NCBI GenBank assembly: GCA_951406725.2
Contig: OX597822.1
Location: 107,322,001 to 107,386,000 of the forward strand
From: Octopus vulgaris
Lineage: Eukaryota
Length of the DNA stretch: 64,000 nt
Direction of reading: 5' to 3'
The notes under the pieces were generated by a model that had not been told where the DNA came from, did no database searches, and saw only the letters and a list, made by a program, of their open reading frames with translations. This document shows positions 58,053 through 64,000 of the stretch, in pieces. Position numbers and translations under genes: made by a program. The stretch's first letter is position 1. Each line of letters opens with the position of its first letter.

Positions 58053-59112
58053 CAAGGCTTCTGTTATCACGTGGTTGTTCGATCTGCTTGAAACAGCAGT
58101 CACGTCTCCCAAACAACATCCCGTGGGCTTTAGTGAGGGACAAATAGTATCACGTCGCGCTCGCATCACGGCACGTGGAGAACTAAAGAGACGGTCATGG
58201 TTGGAATGCATTTGATCAGAAACATCATAGATCCTGACTGGTCGTTGGTAAGTGGGAACGCAGGGTCAAGCAACCATAATTACTGCAACACAAACACCAT
58301 CCACCAGGTTACTATGTCCGCTACAACAATATCACTATTTTAACTATTACAATTACAGTTAAATTAAATTATTACTATATCACCGCTGCTACTAACTACA
58401 ATATGAAGCAGCGTGGCCTAGTGGCTTAGCATTATCCGCTCGAGAACATGGAATCACGGTTTCAATCTCTGGACCAGGTGGCAGGTTGGGTTTTTTTGGG
58501 GGGTACTCAGCAACGTACTGTTGTCCCAGTCTACTCAACCATAAGAAAGTACCACCCTCGGCCGGATATCGGTGTAGCTCTCTTTCTCTCCAGCTCTCAT
58601 ATCATAGACGTGCGGCTGAATCATGCTTGAGTGGGCCCAGACGGAGTTTATATCGGCTGGTGACTACATTAGTGACTAAAACAATTACTGAAAGCCTGAT
58701 ACATATTACCAAGCCATACTCACACGTAAATGGTTGTAGGCTGAGCTCTATAACGGCAAACGTTATAGCACCATCCTGATGAGGTTTTCTAGACGGAAAC
58801 ACGCACAACGTTGTCTTATAACTGCAAGCGTAGATTATACTTTCCCCGGAACCAGTTAATTAACTTTTAGAGAATAATTCTTAATGTAAAGATGTTATCT
58901 CACCTATTCTTTGAGCTAAATATTCTTCCTATCTTTCTTTATTTCTTTCCTCCCTTCCTTCTTTCTGTCTTTCTTTCTTTTTTATCTCTCTCCTAAATTA
59001 AGGGTATAATGTTCATTACGATTTTTCCGTTCGGCATTCAGTACAGCACGCCTTGAAATATTTATCTAAATATGGCGCTACCACATTTGAGTTTCTGTTT
59101 TTTTTTTCCCAA

Positions 59113-59281
59113 AGCAGGAGTGGCTCTGTGGTAAGTAGCTTGCTTACCAACCACATGGTTCCGGGTTCAGTCCCACTGCGTGGCACATTGGATAAATGTC
59201 TTCTACTATAGCCTCGGGCCGACCAAAGCCTTGTGGGTGGATTTGGTAGACGGAAACTGAAAGAAGCCTGTCATATATATG

Positions 59282-59316
<35 letters not shown>

Positions 59317-59531
59317 TTGTGTATATGTTTATGCATTTGTGTTTGTCCCCCCAACATCGCTTGACAACCGATGCTGGTGAGTTTACGACCCCGTAACTTA
59401 GCGGCTTGGCAAAAGAGACCGATAGAATAAGTACTAGGCTTTCAAAGAATAAGTCCTGGGGTCGATTTGCTCGACTAAAGGTGGTGCTCCAGCATGGCAG
59501 CAATCAAATGACTGAAACAAGTAAAAGAGAG
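59113..59531 (+). mobile_element. SINE family A, full length
   Basis: Head gcaggagtggctctgtgg, B box gggttcagtccc, tail gtaaaaga. Confidence 0.92.
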
Positions 59532-59825
59532 TAAGCTCATTTCAATGTTAAAATAAGGAAAATTCATTAGCAAAATATTACTTGTAACACTTCTAAATAT
59601 CACTGGTAAATATTTGTCAGCTGATAAAACGGGCTTCACGAGATTATATTCTGCTGATAAGTCTTTTATATATAAAAATGTTGTCCTTTCCAGAACCAGG
59701 TATACTATTTCAAGTGTCTATTTTGTTCATAGTTATTTGAAATTATCTCCCCTCATCTTTCGAAATCTATGAGAATCGTCACCAGAGTTAAATTTCTTCT
59801 CGAGTTAAGAGGGAAAATTGATTAG

Positions 59826-60205
59826 CAAACTTGGGCACCAAACCGTTAATCCATTAATCATTAATAAACGAAGTTAACATTTTTATTAACGATTTAACTT
59901 AACATCCGAAATTATTATCGGACTAATTAACTTCCGTTACATTATATTCCGTTAACTCAAGTCAACTTAAGTTAACTTCCGTTGACTTCAATTGAATTAA
60001 ATTGGAGTTAACAGATTTTATAGTTTTGGCACACATTTTAAAACGTAGTTTTAGGTGGTTTAAGAGCAAAAATTAGTTTCTTGTTTATTATTTTCTATAA
60101 TACAAATGAACGTTAGCGGTTTATTCATAACTTCTGTTACATTTTAAAAGAATTAACTGATTTAACAGTTATCGAAGAGTTTCGAGACACTGTGCCTCAC
60201 CTTTG
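59826..60205. mobile_element. Non-autonomous hAT-like element
   Basis: Imperfect TIRs caaacttgggcac / gtgcctcacctttg, 8-bp TSD ttgattag / ctgattag, many GTTAAC/TTAAC subterminal motifs. Confidence 0.75.
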
Positions 60206-60554
60206 CTGATTAGCTGTTTTCAGCTTATAGAACATCCATTAAAATACTCCTGTCGCTTACGCTTCATCTTCCCTCATCACGCCACCCTTCCTTCCCAAGG
60301 AGCGCCAGTAGTGTTTGAATTATAAGTGTTGTGGTTGCTTTGATGCTTATCTCTCAGCCAGTGCAAAACTATAAGATTTATGATTAAAGTCATTCCAGAG
60401 TTGATCATTTCGAATATGAACGATATCCAGATATTCAAATAAGTGCAAGGTGAAGGAGTTTCTGCTGCTTTGAATAACAGCTGTACAGAGCGCATAAATC
60501 TTTCTTTGCTTGTTCTTGGAGACAATGGTTATTGTTATTATAATAATTATTATT

Positions 60555-60965
60555 AAGGCGGCGAGCTGGCAGAGTCGTTAGCACGCCGGGCGAAATGCGT
60601 AGCCGTATTTCATCTGCCGTTACGTTCTGACTTCAAATTCCGCCGAGGTCGACGTTGCCTTTCATCCTTTCGGGGTCGACAAATTAAGTACCAGTTACAC
60701 ACTGGGGTCGATGTAATCGAATTAATCCGTTTGTCTGTCCTTGTTTGTCCCCTCTATGTTTAGCCCCTTGTGGGTAATAAAGAAATAGCTATTTCGTCCG
60801 CCGCTGCGTTTTGAGTTCAAATTCCGCCGAGGTCGACATTGCCTTTCATCCTTTCGGGGTCGATTAAATATATACGCACTGGGGTCGATATAATCGACTT
60901 AATCCGTGTGTCAGTCCTTGTTTTTCCCCTCTATGTTTAGCCCCTTGTGAATAGTAAAGAAATAG
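60555..60965 (+). mobile_element. SINE family B partial dimer
   Basis: Full unit plus a truncated unit, both with the long tail. Confidence 0.9.
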
Positions 60966-60971
60966 GTATTT

Positions 60972-61290
60972 GTTCCGATGACAATGGGGATAATCTTTAT
61001 GTTCGACTCTCGTAGCTGCCACATCTTAGCAATCTCAATTTTCAGGTCTCCATATATATCAACCTTTTCTTTCATGGTAATAAGTCGATCTTCTGGCACA
61101 GCTACGTCGATTATTAGGCACTCTTGTCTGACCCTCCTAAAGTCCTGCGGTGCTCTAACACTTACGACATAGTAGTCAGTGGAGGTTTTGGGCTACTTCG
61201 TCATGTCTACGTTTATACTCTTCCTGCGCAAGACTTTCTTCAAAAGCACTAACAATGTGAGTCACACTTTCGACCCTCTTCCCACACATT
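60972..61290 (-). mobile_element. R4/Dong-type LINE fragment
   Basis: MCGKRVESVTHIVS..LAQEEYKRRHD zinc-knuckle region and CLIIDVAVPEDRLITMKEKVDIYGDLKIEIAKMW..IIPIVIG RLE motif. Confidence 0.88.
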
Positions 61291-61499
61291 ATTATTAAGG
61301 CGGTGAACTGGCAGAGTCGATAGCATGTTTGGGAAAATGCTTAGCGTCATTTCGCCCTGTTTTACATTTAGATTTCAAATTCTGAGGTTGTCAACTTTCA
61401 GAGTGGACAATATAGTTTCCAGTCAAGTACTGGGGTCACTCTCCCCACCAAACATCAGAAGTTTGCTTATAATAGAAAACATTATTATTATCATTATTG

Positions 61500-61990
61500 T
61501 TGAAAGAGCAGAGCAAGTCATCAAAGTGATACTCAGGTATAAATATACAAATCGATAACCATATGACTGCGACATGGTGATATCATATGAAGATGAACAT
61601 CGCATGACCTCAAAAATAGGGCCCAGTTAGAATTTTCTTCAGGTCGAGTAGCCCATCCCGCTCATAAGTTCTCTGAAGAAGGTTTGTTTAAAGATGATGT
61701 ACAAAATATCAATGTTTCCAGCGCAGAATTATTCAAACCACAAAGAATCCCTTTCAACGTATGGCTATGATGCTCTCCCACTACTCCTCCCCGTGATCAG
61801 AGATGGTGGACATATCGTCAGCCACTAAGGGACATGCTTAGCTGGTTACTATGAAGCCACTGACAAGCAAATCAGCAATAAGAGCAAGATATTTGCTGTA
61901 GCCCATCATTTAAACCAAGACAAAACATGGAGACGATAACACTTGCAATCAGCTAAGATCAGAAGCTATGGGGACCACTGCCTGGTATTT
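61500..61990. repeat. Unclassified dispersed repeat
   Basis: catatcgtcagccactaagggacatgct block recurs in reverse at about 47290-47430. Confidence 0.6.
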
Positions 61991-62540
61991 TAACAGTATA
62001 TTTACAATTATTAATGGTTAGGGAGTTGTCCTCTAGATCCTGAGATCGCGATTTCAATTCTTAGACCGGGTGGTACATTGTGTTCTTGAGCAAAACACTT
62101 CACCTCACGCTGCCCTGCAATCATTTCGGCACCCGACGTGCAGTAAACCGTGCAACTGTTCAGACAAAGTCGATGTGATGGAGGGCGGGCGCTAACGTAC
62201 AAAACATATATTTGATCACTAAAACCAAATCATTTGTGCAGACCGTTCGACGGCAGAGACAATCATTATTGTTATTATTCGTCATTTGATAATTGCAGGC
62301 AAGTTTCTACTGCATCACTTTCTATATATCCGTGCTGCTGAGGTGAGTGCACCATTGAATGTTATTGTTTTTTGTTGTCGTGGAGTACAAACTCCTCCCA
62401 GTAATGTATTGCATCAGCTTGTTTTATTATGGGCTTTGACTTGAGTCTTTAGTTTCATTGTATGCTGTGTGTAATGCTGGTTGTTTTCTCTTTGGTATCC
62501 GACATGTAGAGTACAGATTGAGGGGTTGTTTATTTTATTG

Positions 62541-62913
62541 AATACTAGCAGTATCGCCCGGCGTTGCTCGGGTTTGTAAGGGAAATAACTATAAAGCATT
62601 TTTTGAGAGTTATAGCCAAAAAATGGAAAAAATGATGGTAAATTTTTTTTAGTTAAAAAGGTCGAGTTGCGTCCCCTAGACAGTCTGTGGTTTGTGTTTC
62701 TGATTCTCGACCCCATGTCGAATTTATCGATTTTTTTCAGAACTGGGGGAACTTTTCAAAATTTTCGCTGCGTTAGTTTTGAATTATGACATTGGGCTAT
62801 GTGTGTGTCAAGTTTCATCAGAATCGGTTGAAAGCCGTGGTCAGGGTGAGGGTACAACCTAACAGACACACAGAAACACACACAGACAAACTGCCGTTTA
62901 TATATAGAGAGAT
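62541..62913 (+). mobile_element. Non-autonomous Helitron2/Helentron-like element
   Basis: actagc...cccggcgttgctcggg 5' hairpin, aagtttcatcagaatcgg motif, (CAGA/CA) run and tttatatatagagagat end. Confidence 0.7.
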
Positions 62914-62949
62914 TTATGTACACAGTGTGTCTTGTGTTCGTGGTGTGTA

Positions 62950-63436
62950 CTATTGAATTGACAGTCTCTTTCGCAGGATGTGGGCTGTTCCTCGCAGGAC
63001 TATTTTTCTTGGATAGTGTTCAGGCTCCAGGTATAGCTTCCACGTTTTGTTTATACGTTGTCTTTTATTTGCGATAACTAATGCTCCAGTTATAGCTAGT
63101 ATTGTTTCACTTTTACGGCCCGAATTTAGACTATTTCAATTTGACCCTGTTTGTGTTTTGACAATCTCTCCACTTCTTTTGATGACAATATTTTGGTCAG
63201 AAGTGTTTACAATGTCTATTAGAAAGAAGGCGTTTTTTTTCCAACCATGCTTATTACGTTTTTTCTTTATTCCTTTGTCAATTTGAACTCGCATATTCCC
63301 AGATGATTGTGACCTGGTCGTTGTCATGTACCTTGTTTGGCACACGTTCATCCCATACCTTGTCAGTTTTTTTGTAGTAGTGTCAGCATATTGTCTATTG
63401 GATATAACTATTCACAAGGTCATTTCTTGATATATA

Positions 63437-63483
<47 letters not shown>

Positions 63484-63697
63484 ATGTGTGTGTGTTTGTG
63501 TGTTTGTCCCCCTAGCATTGCTTGACAACCGATGCTGGTGTGTTTACGTCCCCGTCACTTAGCGGTTCGGCAAAAGAGACCGATAGAATAAGTACTGGGC
63601 TTACAAAGAATAAGTCCCGGGGTCGAGTTGCTCGACTAAAGGCGGTGCTCCAGCATGGCCGCAGTCAAATGACTGAAACAAGTAAAAGATAAAAGAA

Positions 63698-63758
<61 letters not shown>

Positions 63759-64000
63759 TATGTATGTATATATGTATATATATATATATATGTATATATA
63801 TATGTATATGTATATATATATGTATGTATTCAGATTTGGCTGGGACTGGACACTCAGATATGATGTGGTTAACTGTTTCATTATCTGGTTGCACATTCCG
63901 CATTTGTTGTTAGGGCCTGTTTTCACTACTTAGCTTTTTGATATATGTTTGTGGTAAGGCATTGGTCTTGTGCAGCGAGAATCAGTCCTTCCATCTCTGC
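62950..64000 (-). mobile_element. R4/Dong-type LINE 3' region, interrupted by a SINE A half and a TA tract (about 63430-63830)
   Basis: [48 protein letters not shown] and KIVLRGTAHILRKRLSIQ*. Confidence 0.88.

Overview
AT-rich, microsatellite-saturated animal genomic DNA. The SINE repertoire looks like an Octopus (coleoid cephalopod) genome; this is my recognition, not a search result. Almost every ORF in the supplied track is a simple-repeat artefact. The window is mostly intron-like or intergenic sequence. It holds dozens of tRNA-derived SINE copies from at least four families (here labelled A-D), decayed LINE pieces (three R4/Dong-type RLE fragments, L1/Tx1-like, CR1-like, RTE-like), and DNA-transposon relics (mariner, mariner MITE, DD37D/maT, hAT-like, two Helentron-type elements). 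No complete protein-coding gene is visible. The best host-gene signal is a candidate minus-strand first exon (about 42360 to 41630) encoding MPASSVKAIIYL- before a GT donor. The most interesting signal is a set of short non-coding fold-back elements next to (TA)n/(CA)n tracts that carry outward-facing minimal hammerhead ribozyme motifs. One of these (34019-34100, minus) is fully canonical, pointing to a Penelope-like or retrozyme-like non-autonomous system. Other points of interest are a SINE/LINE pair sharing a 3' tail and templated inverted copies of flanking DNA embedded in (TA)n tracts.
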